The notes under the pieces were generated by a model. The model was given only the letters and a program-made list of their open reading frames with translations. It searched no databases and was not told where the DNA came from. A DNA stretch of 64,000 nt from Haliotis rubra (taxonomy: Eukaryota), in NCBI RefSeq assembly GCF_003918875.1, contig NW_025765103.1:1426001-1490000 (forward strand), in the 5' to 3' direction. The position numbers and the translations under genes were made by a program. Of the stretch, positions 24,466 to 37,301 are shown piece by piece; positions within the stretch are counted from its first letter, which is position 1; every line of letters starts with the position of its first letter.

Positions 24466-27400
24466 GGCAATACTTCCCAGTATCTATAGGCAATAGTTCC
24501 CAGTATCTATAGTAATACTTCCCAGTATCTATAGGCAATACTTCCCAGTATCTAAAGGCAATACTTCCCAGTATCTATAGTTAATACGTACGATTATCTA
24601 CAGGCAATAGTATTCAGTATACACAGGCAATTTCCTTTGTATTGACTACGGACACTGTGTACACCAGTTCTCAGATTCGATCTTTAGTAATGGGATGAAA
24701 AAAAAGAAATATGATTCAGGGATATTTATCGTTTTATTCTCCTGCCTTGGCCGGCGATAAATCTTTGTCTCGAAGCTGTGGAGTATGACATGCAGCCGGC
24801 CTATGCTTATTGATAGCGGTGAGTTCTCGGTTGATAAGGTAGTCAATTTACCCATAACCAGCTGATAGCCATTTGTTCCCGTACAATGGAATTAATCTCA
24901 TTTCGTGTGATGGATATATCTGTACACAATCAGTTGTACTTGTCGTTGCTGAGTTAGATCGATCACGCTCACAAACGGACTGTAATTATTACGCCGCTTC
25001 GTCTTAATCATTATGAATGTTATCGATATTTCTTTAAGATTCTGTTTTTGGAGATTGTCAAACAAACTATTTTAAGAATTTCGAAAGAAAGGTAGTTGTT
25101 TTTGAAAGTTATTTTGAAAACACCAAGAGTTCATTACTTCCTTTTGCGCGTCATGTTCGTGAGGCAGTCTTACAGGCTGGCCGAGGATCTTCAATCATCA
25201 CTGTCCGACATTTACCCTGTGATGACATCCAGTCTGACATTTACCCCGTGATGACATACACTGTCTGACATTTACCGTGTGATGACATCCAGTCTGACAT
25301 TTACCCCGTGATGACATCCATTGTCTGACATTTACCCCGTGATGACATCCACTGTCTGACATTTACCCTGTGATGACATCCACTGTTTACCGATATTTTA
25401 CCCTGTGTGATCCATTGTCTCACATTTACATCACTGACATTTTCCCACTGTGGTCAAATGTCAGACATTTACCCTGTGAGACATCCACTGTCTCTCATTT
25501 ACCCTGTGATGACATTGTCTGACATTAACACTGTGATGACAGTCTCCACATACCCTCAATGACATCCACTGTAACCCCTGTGATGACATCCACTGTCACG
25601 ATCCACATTTTATGACATCTGTAATGACATGTCAGACATCCACTGTGGATGTCATCACGTCATTCACTGACATAAATGTGATGGACAGTGGATGACATCA
25701 CTGTCTGATAATGTCATCCACTTTTGGATGTTACCACAGGGTGAACGTCGATGACATTTCATTATTGGTATTTAATGACATCAGACAGTGTCTCACAGGC
25801 TGGCCGAGGATCTTCCAATCATCACTGTCCGACATTTACCCTGTGATGACATCCACTCCAGTCATCCATTTGACATTTACCCCGTGATGATATCCACTGT
25901 CTGATATTTACCGTGTGATGACATCCACTGTCTGGATTAACATTTGATGACATCCTGACTTTATGACATCTTGTCTGGACATTTACCACTGTGACATTTC
26001 TGACCCCTGTGATGACATCCACTGTCTGACATTTACCCTGTGAATGACATCTACTGTCTGACATTTACCCTGTGATGACATCCGCTGTCCGACATTTACC
26101 CTGTGATGACATCCACTGTCTGACATTTACCCCGTGATGACATCCAGTCTGACATTTACCCTTTAATGACATCCACTGTCTGACATTTACCCCTGTGATG
26201 ACACCCACTGTCTGACATTTACCCTGTGATGACACCCACTGTCTGACATTTACCCTGTGATGACACCCACTGTCTGACATTTACCCTGTGATGACACCCA
26301 CTGTCTGACATTTACCCTGTAATGACATCTACTGTCCGGCATTTACCCTGTGATGACATCACGTATTTTCATTTATCACACGTGAATGTGTCGAGTCTTC
26401 GATCTCCTCGTTATAACTGATTTTTCCTGACAGATGTGCCAGGCCGTCGGTTTCCATGTTAGAACCAGGTAACTTGACAGAAGTGTCTGTCGGGTCAGGG
26501 TCTCTAATCTCCCTGCTACAACAGGTTGTCATGGTCGTCCATTTCGTCACATATTTCGACGTTACACGTGGGTTTACTTGTGAAAATGTCATCGCCACGT
26601 TACAATGAGGTTTTCCTGACTGGTCAGCGTTTCAGGTTTGTGACATGTGTCGGGTCATATATATTGTGGCGACGTATTTAGTCTTCAGTAACACCCAGGG
26701 TATTGAGGTTTAACATGAACAATAACAATCGAAGGTATAAAAATGTAGTGCCCAATAAATCTGTGGTTTTGCGAGCAATTAACATTCTCACATGACACTT
26801 AGTAGGTACTGTAAGCCTTCGACATACCAACCAACATGAATACATTGAGAAACATAAACACTGGTGTTCCTGCTCTGTCCTACTGTCCACGTGGCCCCTG
26901 GGTGTGAAGCGACCCAATGAAAACACACACGACACTCAAGTCCGCATGTTAATTGAGTAGATATAGATCATTATTATAAACTGCCGCTGTCTATAGCCCA
27001 GCCATGCACACCGATAAATGTCTATACACACAACTCTATGGCGTGCACAGGCTATTAACACCACTTCCAAGTGTCAGTAGGTTTTCAAGAAATGCAAGAC
27101 GCCGTAAACAAATCTGATAAAAGTTGATCGATGATAAGGTACGTTTTTCTTGTAAAGGTACACCAAATTTGACATGCAATCCGAATCCTCACAACCATAT
27201 ATAGTCACTCACTCACTCACTCACTCACTCACTCACCCAATGCGTGATGTATTATATGTTTCAACATAACACCTCCTCTGAAGCCAATACAGAACCCGTT
27301 GTTGCTTTTCCTCCCTTTCAGCAAAGTGGAGAGGGAGAGATATTGTATGGACAACAGCCTGCCCGCCACATCACGTTGTTCCAGGGTCTGTGTCATGGAG

Positions 27401-28521
27401 AAGAACCTTCAGCGTTGTCTTACGTTGATGGCACAACAAGAGAAGGAATAGACCACGGGTAATAAACCCAGCTGGATTGGTGAAGATCATGGCAGCCGAC
27501 GGTTGGCGGGATCAATGGATCTCCCTGGACAACTATTGCCTGCAAGCTGGTAAGGTGCCACAGGCTGCACCTCTGCAAGGGTAATCATCGGCTGACGCTG
27601 GAAAAGGTCAATCTCAGAGCAAGACAGTGTTTCTGAAATCTGCAACAAGCAAAACGATCAATGACAGTAAAGAAGATTGAGGGACTCGTGGAACACTCTC
27701 TGACACAGAGAGTCAACCGTTGACAATGACGGTGCAGGAGCTGAGCAAAGTCACCTTGTAGGAGTCAGCCATAGGCGTCATCCACGTGCGGAATGCGGGT
27801 TAATGCTGAACCATCTGCATGACCTTCTGTGTCAGTGCTTGAAAGAGGAAGCGGTGCTCCAGGACATGAACATGAAACTGCAACATCTTTAATTTGTCCA
27901 GACATTTGAGTGATTCTTAAGAGATTTATTGTCAGAGTGCATTTTGCAACAGCGCAGAAAAAACAATCTACAACCAACATCATCTCACTCTTACAACTTA
28001 GGGAAAATTGGAGCGATCAGGATTTGACATTTTGATTGTAAGATTTAAACATCTTCAGTGGTTTCAAAACAGGGCTGTGTACTTGTCCAACCACTCTTCC
28101 CTGTCATGCTGAAGCACGGCTTCGGACCCTCCACACAACATCGGATGGGAAACCGTTCGGTCTGGTACACAGGGAACCAAAGTATATAGGGACAACGTGG
28201 CTCTGGCCACCAATCTGGAGAAAGAGCTGTGAAACCTCATGAGCCGCATGTCAGCTTGTAGAAGACTTTGCCCATGACTTTGAACAACATCCAACGATCC
28301 TCGTCCTGCTGCAACAGCCCGACTTTATATCGCTGCCTAGAGGTGGGAGGAACTCATCGCCGACCGGGTCCCATGGAAACCAGGAGCTGAGGATAGTACT
28401 AAGTTGCCGAAGAACTCAGCGGAAGAACAGACAGACTCCAGCAAACTCCATCAACAAGTACAGCCGCTATATGACCTTCTCGAGAAGTAATGTCCAGTCA
28501 CAAACAGCGCTCTCTTGGAGT
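24466..28521. repeat. Tandem segmental duplication, copy 2 (~4.05 kb)
   Basis: Starts within the 23 bp satellite tail and ends CAGCGCTCTCTTG, like copy 1. Confidence 0.95.
25198..26360. repeat. 31 bp minisatellite, copy 2 (partly scrambled and inverted)
   Basis: Same unit as 20868-22300. Confidence 0.93.
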
Positions 28522-30329
28522 GTAAGTGGTAGCATGCTGACCGAGTCGCTCGTGCACTGTTGTTTAGGTAGTGACCTCTCTTTATAGTTCTATCTCCGTC
28601 TTAACACCTTCGTTACTCTCACTGTATAGAGAGCTTTGCAGTGAAAAGCTTGTTTACACGCTTGTTATCAACTACCTGGTTCGAGACGGTTCGTGAGTTT
28701 CAAGAAGGATGACTTCATATGTATATAAGAAAGTGACGAGGGCAAAACAAGGCCCCTTTCTATGACCTGACTTGCTTTCACTTGCCGAGTGCTGGCGGAA
28801 AACACCGACTTTTCTGTCTGCTTCCAACACAAAGTGACAAATTCTGGCATTTCGTGAGTGCACTGACTCATGTAACAGGGCATTATTTACTGCTGCCGCC
28901 ATATATTTGATCCAGTGTATTGCCGTTTGTAGTTGTAAACCAATCCCGTTTGTTGCATTGTCATTATTCATCGATCTTGAGTGGATATTTATTGATTTCA
29001 CAATTTACCTCTGTACATACCCATTACAGGGTTAACCTTCTCGTTACAAAATGGGAATCATCACGTAACGTGTATCAGTAGGCTGGGCGTGTAGTAAAAA
29101 CGTCTCTGGGGGTAAACCGTGCTATCTCCCAGCAACATCAAGACGAAGACATGCCAACAGTAGCCATGGACAATGAAACCATCGGGATTCGAACCTCGTC
29201 ACAGGTACACGCTCCCTCTCAAACTGTGTTTCTAAAACTTACAAGATATATGTTTTGTCAAACAATGTCGAGAGATAGTAAATCAAAGCTTTCCAAAATA
29301 TATTGTCGTGTTTAAACTTGGTGGGATTGTCCTAGTGTATGTAACACAAGGAAAGTCAGCACCGGCTCCACAACAGCGTGCTGAGCAGTATCTCGTGACG
29401 GAATACCCCGACTGTTTATCGTCCTTCCACAAAGCGTGTGACAGGTAGTTATTTATTGCCTATATGTCCTGCGAGCCACCGATACCCCATGTTCATTTGT
29501 TGTGTGAGCCGAGATGGTTGAAGATTAGCCAACACAGGCGCAACTGATTTAATAGGGCTGCAAAACGTTCTTTGGTCCTGTCTAAGTCCTTCAATGGGTT
29601 ATATTAACTCAGACCTGCAATTAAAGTCGCTGAGTCTTGCACACAGTATTTATGTGGAGTGTTTGGCATTGTACGGAAATGCGCATACGAGAGCTTGTAA
29701 TTCCACATTAAAGGAAGGCACCACATTTCAGGTTGAGATGAGATTGTCGGTCTGACTGGGTGGTAGCATAACACTGTGGCTTGGTCGGGGTAGTAAGGTC
29801 GGATAATTCATTATGTTTAACAGTTCGTTTAGATCTTATCTGGAGATCTAACAGCCCAAGTCTAGATTTAATGAATGGACGTTATAGAATTTTTGATGTT
29901 ACTATAGATAAGTATTTTTCAGGTTGAATATAGCTCGATACAAGTCATACCTTGAACTGTTTTTTGTGGAGTGGAATCCGTTCTTGGTAGAACATAATTT
30001 TGGATTGTTCACGAAATTGTTTCATAAAGAGTTTAACTTCACCAACAGCTTAGTCTAACCATACAAAGCCGTAGCCATGACAACAGTTTCTTTGTGCATA
30101 TGTGATGCCCACGTTACTTTTGCCCATATCACCGAAATATACATGCATATCGAGAACGAGTTTGATAATTTGGTATTTAACCATTCCGGGAATATTAAAT
30201 TAGTTTTTCAAAAGTATAATTTTGCATGATTACACAATGCCATTTAGAAAAGGTCAAATGTAACATATGTTATATTTGGGATTACACTTTTTGAGTAAAG
30301 TACAGATTCTCGTAATTTTGTTGGGTTGA

Positions 30330-30515
30330 GTCCCATCCGGGAATCGAACCCACACCCTCAGAGTCTAGATTTTCGAAGCTCTCTTAGCGCTAAGATGGTC
30401 GTAAGTTAATGTTAATGTATGGCACGTACGACTATCTTAGCGCTAAGACAGCTTCGAAAATCTAGGCCCAGCACACAAAGTCAGCCGCCTAACCGCTCAG
30501 ACACCCGCTCAGCCA
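30330..30515 (-). mobile_element. tRNA-derived SINE head interrupted by a hairpin element
   Basis: Minus-strand A box TGGCTGAGCGG (duplicated) and B box GGTTCGATTCC are separated by the 30365-30471 insertion. Confidence 0.7.
30365..30471. mobile_element. Palindromic MITE-like hairpin, copy B
   Basis: 42 bp arms with 3 mismatches (CTAGATTTTCGAAGCTCTCTTAGCGCTAAGATGGTCGTAAGT), loop TAATGTTAATGTATGG, right end GGCCCAG. Confidence 0.85.
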
Positions 30516-30652
30516 CTTCACTTTTCTTGAAGTTAAGTTCATGGTGTGAGTAAACATTACACCAAGATATGTATCACATGACTCAGAACATTACCATTAA
30601 GAAACAACATGTTAATAAAATACTACTTGACCCATCCCCTCTTCCGAAAATG

Positions 30653-30732
30653 ACACACACACGCTCGCACATACACACACGCACACGCGCACGCGCGCAC
30701 ACACACACACACGCACGCACGCACGCACACAC
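30653..30732. repeat. (CA)/(CG) microsatellite
   Basis: Direct observation. Confidence 0.92.
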
Positions 30733-33700
30733 TTCTTCTAATATATTAAGTTGTTCTTATAGTCCAGAAACAGGATATGATGCTAAACTAATATTTGATA
30801 CTTGAGTTTAATATCGTGTTCATTTCCTGCTGTATTTATCAAACATTGCCATGGTTTAAAACCATCAACTGCCAAATGGATAAAGGCAACATAACCCTTG
30901 TGTGATACATTTTGGATTATTTCATATTAGGTGATTTGAGGTTGAATATAACTTTAAAAGGCAGTGTGTGTTTGGGGAATTTTGTCCCGCATATTAGCTT
31001 GGTCGTAATCCTTGAATCTGGAAACATCAGCCGTCATCGCCAGTTTGGAACAACTATTTCAACCACACACTGGTAAGATTCAGCGGCTTACATACCACTT
31101 TCATAACATAAAAAAATACATCTCCCAAGTATCTTTTGAATGAACTAATGAAACATTCGTATCACCAAAATAAATCTGTTTGTTTCCCAAACATTTTCGG
31201 CCTACATTGACATATGTATGGTGTACAGCAGTGGCAATACGTACGTCTACACTCTCAGTGCTTTACGGGCGTCTCGTCTTGCAAAAAATAATATATTCGT
31301 CATTTAATGGTGCCTTATCATGCATAATGCATGGTGTAGTTCTTTTCATCATACAATCTGCATAATCTAAACTAATCTGTAGCCCCCATCACTCTTGAAT
31401 CAGGTGATTACATGACAATGCCACGTTCACAACACAACCGCTACCGCTGCACAAAGGGATTCCACACAGCCAGTCGTTCTCAACACTTTTTCTTCGAAAC
31501 ACACAAATGTCGTCTTATCAATTGGGCTATTCATGTTTGCGATAGAAATGCAAAAACTGCTGGTACATGGTCAGAATTTATACGATTTCAGTGCGTAACC
31601 TGTCAATGTTTTCGACGAATCTACATATACAGTAAACACTGAATGGTGGTGTTTACATGGATCATTATCAACAGGTATATCTTACTCTTGTAGTATCATC
31701 AACAGGTAGATTTACCTCTTCATTGGACTGAATTGTGTGTTTACCTGTAGCATCATCAACAGGTATATCTTCCTCTTCACTGAATGGAATGTTATGTTTA
31801 CCAATATCATCAAAGTTAGAAAGTTAATTGCTTTGTTGACATGTTCTAATTACTGGGATGCTTTCTAATGAGAACCGAGTAAGCCGTTCAGTGTTGCTTT
31901 GTGAGTTACTATTGTTATGTAATACTGAACAAAAATTCCCACGAGTTACTTTATGTCCCAGTATTACTTTATGTCCCAAACCTAACCACGTAGACCTATG
32001 TGTGTTGCATGCGGATAAATCTGGTAATGAGCGTACACTAAATGAGACATCGGGTGTGCTTGGTGCCCATGTGAACACTCCCAGTTGTCCGATGTTGGAC
32101 ACAACCGCAAAATGATGACAAAGGAAGGTTTATTCAGGGACCAGGTTTTCACTTCCAGACAACCGCGCGTTTGACACCTCGACGTTCGACACACAGCGGT
32201 GATTGGCTGTAATGTGAAACATTGTTCTTAACGATGTCACTTCCGGGTCCAAACAGAACATATAGCACTGTAGTATGTAGCAAACTGACGCATTCGTTCT
32301 GCACAGAAATCTAAGAAAAATAAATTTCATCAAGTGTCATAATGTCAACCGTTGGTATAAAACGGCGGTGAGATACAGATGTGGCATTGTTGTTGGCGTA
32401 TAGCAACAAACAAAACAAGTAAGAAACTTGTGTCATGTCTACATTGTACTTTGAATAGATCAAGTGGGCGGTCATGTATAAACCATGTGTGTGGACAATG
32501 CAGCGTAGTGCGCTAGTTTACAGACTAAAACCACTTCAGCAGTAATTCTATCAGAAACAAGCACGCCGTCAGATGTAAATGTATTTTAAAGAAGTTTTGT
32601 CAATAAAATCATTCGGTTGAAAGCATGCTTTCATGTTTTTTGTGATGTTTAAAATAATCAATCACAAGTGCCACCGGGATCAGGTTTCCTGTCACCTGCG
32701 CCTCACAGCCACCATCAATAACATATTCATACGTCTTCTAGGTAAGCCGTGTATATGTAAGTCAAATAACATCAAATCGGATAAAAATAGCACTGCTCTA
32801 TTGACAAAACAAATATCATGGCATATCCGATATCACACACTGTAAGCACGCCGTGAAGCAGTAAAGGCAGCCATTGTGATGGCTCAAATATAGCTCGATG
32901 TCCTAATTAGAATGCTGTCAACTGTGGTCGACCACGCACCTTGTGTTACACATTCTGTGGGCGAATATAATAACCCGAGGTGAACACTGTCTAGATAACA
33001 TTAGGATTTCTTGTGAAATAACGTCATTATCTCGTGAAGTTATATGCGAATATTATGTTTTTTTAAAAGTAAGTGAGTGAGTGAGTGAGTCATTGGATGT
33101 GTGAGTGAGTGAGTTTCTGTGGTATTACACGACCTTGGGCATGAGTAGTGAACGCTTTCAGCATCTGGCTTCCCTATATTTTCAAGAGTCGCATAGCAAT
33201 GAGGAGTAATGAAATAAATATCTAGTCAAATGTTCTATTGTTTTTTTTTTAACCGACCTCAGTCTAGAAAACTCCAAAAGTTGTATAGAAACGATGTTGT
33301 GTTCATTACACTACAATAATAACGAACCGAAAAGGACCATTAATTTTAATACGTTATAACAGTAATTCATTATATACTAGTAAGTTTCGCCTAGTGGTCC
33401 TGACAAATTCTAGTTCTCTATATCCAGCAGCTCTTACAATCGTAGTTTATATATCTCTATCTGCATAAATTAGGATAAATTCTGGTTTTCGTTGAAATAC
33501 TGTAATCCCAATAAAAGAAATCCGATTGAGTCAATCACATACAACGCTTCTGTACGTACACATACATGATATTTAGAGAGGTGCCTTTATAAACCGATTT
33601 TCAGCATGGCAAGTTGCGATTGAGACACGATCTAGATTAATCTATAGGTGTTAATGGATGCATTCAAGTTATCAAACTTGTGACCTTGTTCTGGTTGATG

Positions 33701-33969
33701 TATATCAAACCCTCATACCAACTATTGTCACCATTGTTCACGTTGTGACGCACCTCCCACCACACTGTCCGCCATCTCTAAATTCGCTGACGACATACAA
33801 TGACAACGTATATGGCAACGGGGTCAGTAGAACGCATCGTTTCTGACAACACAACCACTTTTCATAGTTTTGCCCCGCGAATCTGTCACTGAGTTTGAAC
33901 ATAGATCATCATGATAAAACTGACGGACAACAGAGTAGACATTCACACGGAACACATTGCTGTGTACTG

Positions 33970-34516
33970 TGACCCTATGTTCCTTGAGACCCGATGTTCC
34001 TTGAGACCCGATGTTCCTTGAGACGCCATATTCCTTGAGACGCCACATGTTCCTTGAGACCCGATGTTCCTTGAGACCCCATGTTCGTTGAGACGCCACA
34101 TGTTCCTTGAGACGCCATGTTCCTTGAGACCCGATGTTCCTTGAGACGCCATATTCCTTGAGACGCCACATGTTCCTTGAAACGCCATGTTCCTTGAGAC
34201 CCGATGTTCCTTGAGACGCCACATGTTCCTTGACACGCCATGTTCCTAGAGACGGCACATGTTCCTTGAGACGCCATGTTCCTAGAGACGTCACATGTTC
34301 CTTGAGACGCCATGTTCCTAGAGACGCCACATGTTCCTTGAGACGCCATGTTCCTTGAGATCCCATGTTCCCCCTGTTCCTTGAGACCCCATGTTCCTTG
34401 AGACCCCATGTTCCTTGAGACGCCATGTTCCTTGAGATCCCATGTTCCCCCTGTTCCTTGAGACCCCATGTTCCTTGAGACCCCTTGTTTCTTGAGACGC
34501 CATGCTCCTTGAGACC
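33970..34516. repeat. 17-19 bp minisatellite (GAGACGCCATGTTCCTT)
   Basis: About 30 variant units; explains the ORFs at 33824-34613. Confidence 0.95.
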
Positions 34517-35524
34517 CTGTTGTGGGATTAATATGATGCATGTAAGATCGTCCATGGTCGAATAAACCGTGTCTTGTTGGTTTCATTTTAGCCACCACCC
34601 AATGTGTGTACACTTCCCGTTGCTCGGCAGTTCATAAAGAACACCTTCACCTCTGTAATCAAGATGTATTAGATCCACCAGTGAGCCATATTCGAGTGGC
34701 TGCGTCTGCTATTATCTTACACGTATGCCTACAGTGCGTTTGCGCAAACCAGTTTAAAATCTGGTTACAATGCGCCATGACTCGAAGAGCTTGTACCTTA
34801 TCTCAAGTGACGCTCTCACGAGAGACTAGGTATTGTTGACGAGTACCCGGGCGCCCTCAGAACACTCACGTGCCTATTATAAAACTCTCATTGTGGAGAC
34901 AGGGAAACAAAAAAACTACCCGTATTTCTGACAGCCATGATGCATTGGAAACACTTGAGATCGTGACGAAGCGTTATTATTTTCTGGCGAAATCCGTCAA
35001 GCATTGTTACCTTGTGGAGGGGATTGTGAACAGACTACCTGCCGATCTTGTATTTGTCTGTGTGTGATGTTTGGTAAGACATGGGTTAGATGGTATTGAC
35101 TTATACCACACTTCATGACAGAGTGAACCTCCCTCAATACAGGGAATATGTTCCACGCTTTAATAGACTGCTTTTGAAGAACGGCTGTGAAATCATGATA
35201 AGAGTTTATTACCAAATGGTACATGTTACAGCATAATGGTACAAAAATACAATTATACAGGAACCTCCATAAACCGGTTTACAGCCTGGGTTGTCACGTT
35301 TGTCGTACGTCTGTGTTACCGTATGGGAGCGATTGTGTTTTGTAGCGGGATCCTCGAATGATCAAAATTCCGCTTGTCTCGAAGAACGGATATCTCATTG
35401 GTCGAAAGGTTTTGAATAAATCAGCATAAATTGATTGAAATGAAGCGGTCACCTCTAACATTTACTACAATCCATGGTTAACAAATAACGAGAGAAGATA
35501 CTGTATCAGTACATCCTGCATGTA

Positions 35525-35817
35525 GTTTTACGCCGCAGTCAGCAATATTCCAGCTATATAACGGCGGCTTATTAATATTCAGGTCCAGCGGTCAGGGTAC
35601 GGTCAAACACAATGAACAGCGTCACAAGGTCTGAGAAGCCGAACCAATTTAGTGGCGTTGTACGGCATTCAGTATATTGCACTGCACCGTTCCTGGAAAG
35701 GTAAGTTGGCGCTCAGGAGATGGTAACTCCCATACTAAAACACAGACACACAGTCAGTGGCAGCGCTACGAACGCTTTGTATGAACGAGAACTGGAGACC
35801 TATTCTAACCCACAGGG
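35525..35817 (-). mobile_element. Decayed SINE family 2 copy
   Basis: GTTTTACGCCGCAGTCAGCAATATTCCAGCTATAT tail and CTGGAGACCTATTCTAACCC head. Confidence 0.5.
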
Positions 35818-35908
35818 TTTAGCATATATTGAAAATCCTGGTCCAAAATCATCACATGACATTTCATTAGCGGACTACACTTTCTATTGAATCATTGTTT
35901 TTGATTGA

Positions 35909-36042
35909 ATCATGAACGAATTCTCATTTTGGTCGTGGGTCCTATATGTATAATTAAACATGAAACCAAACAGTCATTGAACATAGTGTGTACATTTAAG
36001 ATGCATATTGCAACAATGGTACGAAGGTCAGCCGATTCTGGC
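35909..36042. repeat. Dispersed repeat, homologous to 59833-59852 plus 60453-60565
   Basis: TTGGTCGTGGGTCCTATATGTATAATTAAACATGAAACCAAACAG...GCAACAATGGTACGAAGGTCAGC is shared. Confidence 0.85.
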
Positions 36043-36665
36043 TCAACCAAGGGGCACAAATATACACAGGAGAATTGAAGCGCCTTGACCATTCGGCCCT
36101 CACAGCTTCCTGTGAAATAGTCACACAGACCAGTCACTGTTACACGCACCTGCTACACTACCGATTAGCCAGTGTGTCGTCTCCCTTCTATTATAATACA
36201 GATGCTTATCATGAGAGAATGAAAATGTAATGCACTGGATATTCTAAACTAGCAGCAAGGCCTCCCTCTAATCATGTATATACAGTCTCATCGAGGCAGC
36301 TGTATTTCCACTTAAGCTAAATACACCTACCCACAAACGACAACCAACGGGACCCTGTCCACAGTATGGTCTCCTCGTTGCCCCTTGAATACTTAACACT
36401 TTACTCTGCAGTGCCGTCCACGGTAGGGTGATCGAGTATATGGTATTGCGCACGAGTTAGCACTATTCCACCCAAGTTACCACGGACAGCGGATTTCAAC
36501 ATTGAAGTCATGTGGGTTACCATGTGTCTTTGGAGTGACAAGTCCACACTTTAACGGGTGGCTATCCAAACGGCCAAACAAGAGTATTGCGGTTCATGGC
36601 TACAGAACAATGTTATGCTTGGCGAGTGAGGTGAAAAATAACTGACTCATTAGTGACTTGAACGC

Positions 36666-37301
36666 TTACAACAGTGGCAAAGATGGCGTAGAATGTCGCC
36701 GCCGATGCAAATTGTTGTCATTCATGTACGACACTTGTTCATCGAAAGTAACTCTCTTATCACTGGCTGAGGGTGGAGGGTTAAAGTTTAGTCTGTACCG
36801 GAAGTTACTTCGAGATGGTTTCCGTTTAGGATCACGTGACCGCAAACAAGATGGCTGCCTTGCTACTTCCCCTTCGTCATCGCTTCTTGTAAAAAGGACG
36901 GGATTTCTGTACGACGCTGCCGTGAAGTTTTTGAGAATTGATTTTGGACTGAGTTGAAGAGGATTAGTGTCCGGTTTGTGTTTGGTGAACTTGGGACTGT
37001 CGTCCACATCGTCCTGGCCATGTAATGTTGTCTCCCGTCTGGGCATCACTGGCTGGGGGTAATGAACCTTCTCCAGGCCCTTGTGAAGGACGGGCCTTGG
37101 ATGAAGAACATAAAACTGAGTAGTCTCCTCGTTGATACTGAGTCTCCTTGCGCGTGAGCCGTCAGGAAATATGTCTGTCCTCCCACCTTCAGAGGAACTG
37201 AGTTTGGGCCTCAATGACAGACTCTGAGATCGCCGCAATGACGTCTTGTGACCAGGATACGTCATTTTCGTCGATACCGGGACGGATACTTTACAAGGCA
37301 T
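36666..37301 (-). CDS. Uncharacterised 211-aa disordered protein; candidate PP1-interacting protein (alternative ATG at 37265)
   Basis: Non-repetitive 636 nt ATG-to-stop ORF, S/R/P/K-rich, with KSILKN and DKRVTF motifs and RRLS/RRHS basophilic sites. Confidence 0.75.
   Translation of the reverse strand: MPCKVSVPVSTKMTYPGHKTSLRRSQSLSLRPKLSSSEGGRTDIFPDGSRARRLSINEETTQFYVLHPRPVLHKGLEKVHYPQPVMPRRETTLHGQDDVDDSPKFTKHKPDTNPLQLSPKSILKNFTAASYRNPVLFTRSDDEGEVARQPSCLRSRDPKRKPSRSNFRYRLNFNPPPSASDKRVTFDEQVSYMNDNNLHRRRHSTPSLPLL

Noticed and set aside
26359-26598. 79-aa minus ORF resembling a terminal exon
   Set aside because: Weak acceptor, no recognisable homology, and disrupted in duplicate copy 1.
33824-34613. 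243 and 212 aa ORFs
   Set aside because: Products of the 17-19 bp minisatellite.
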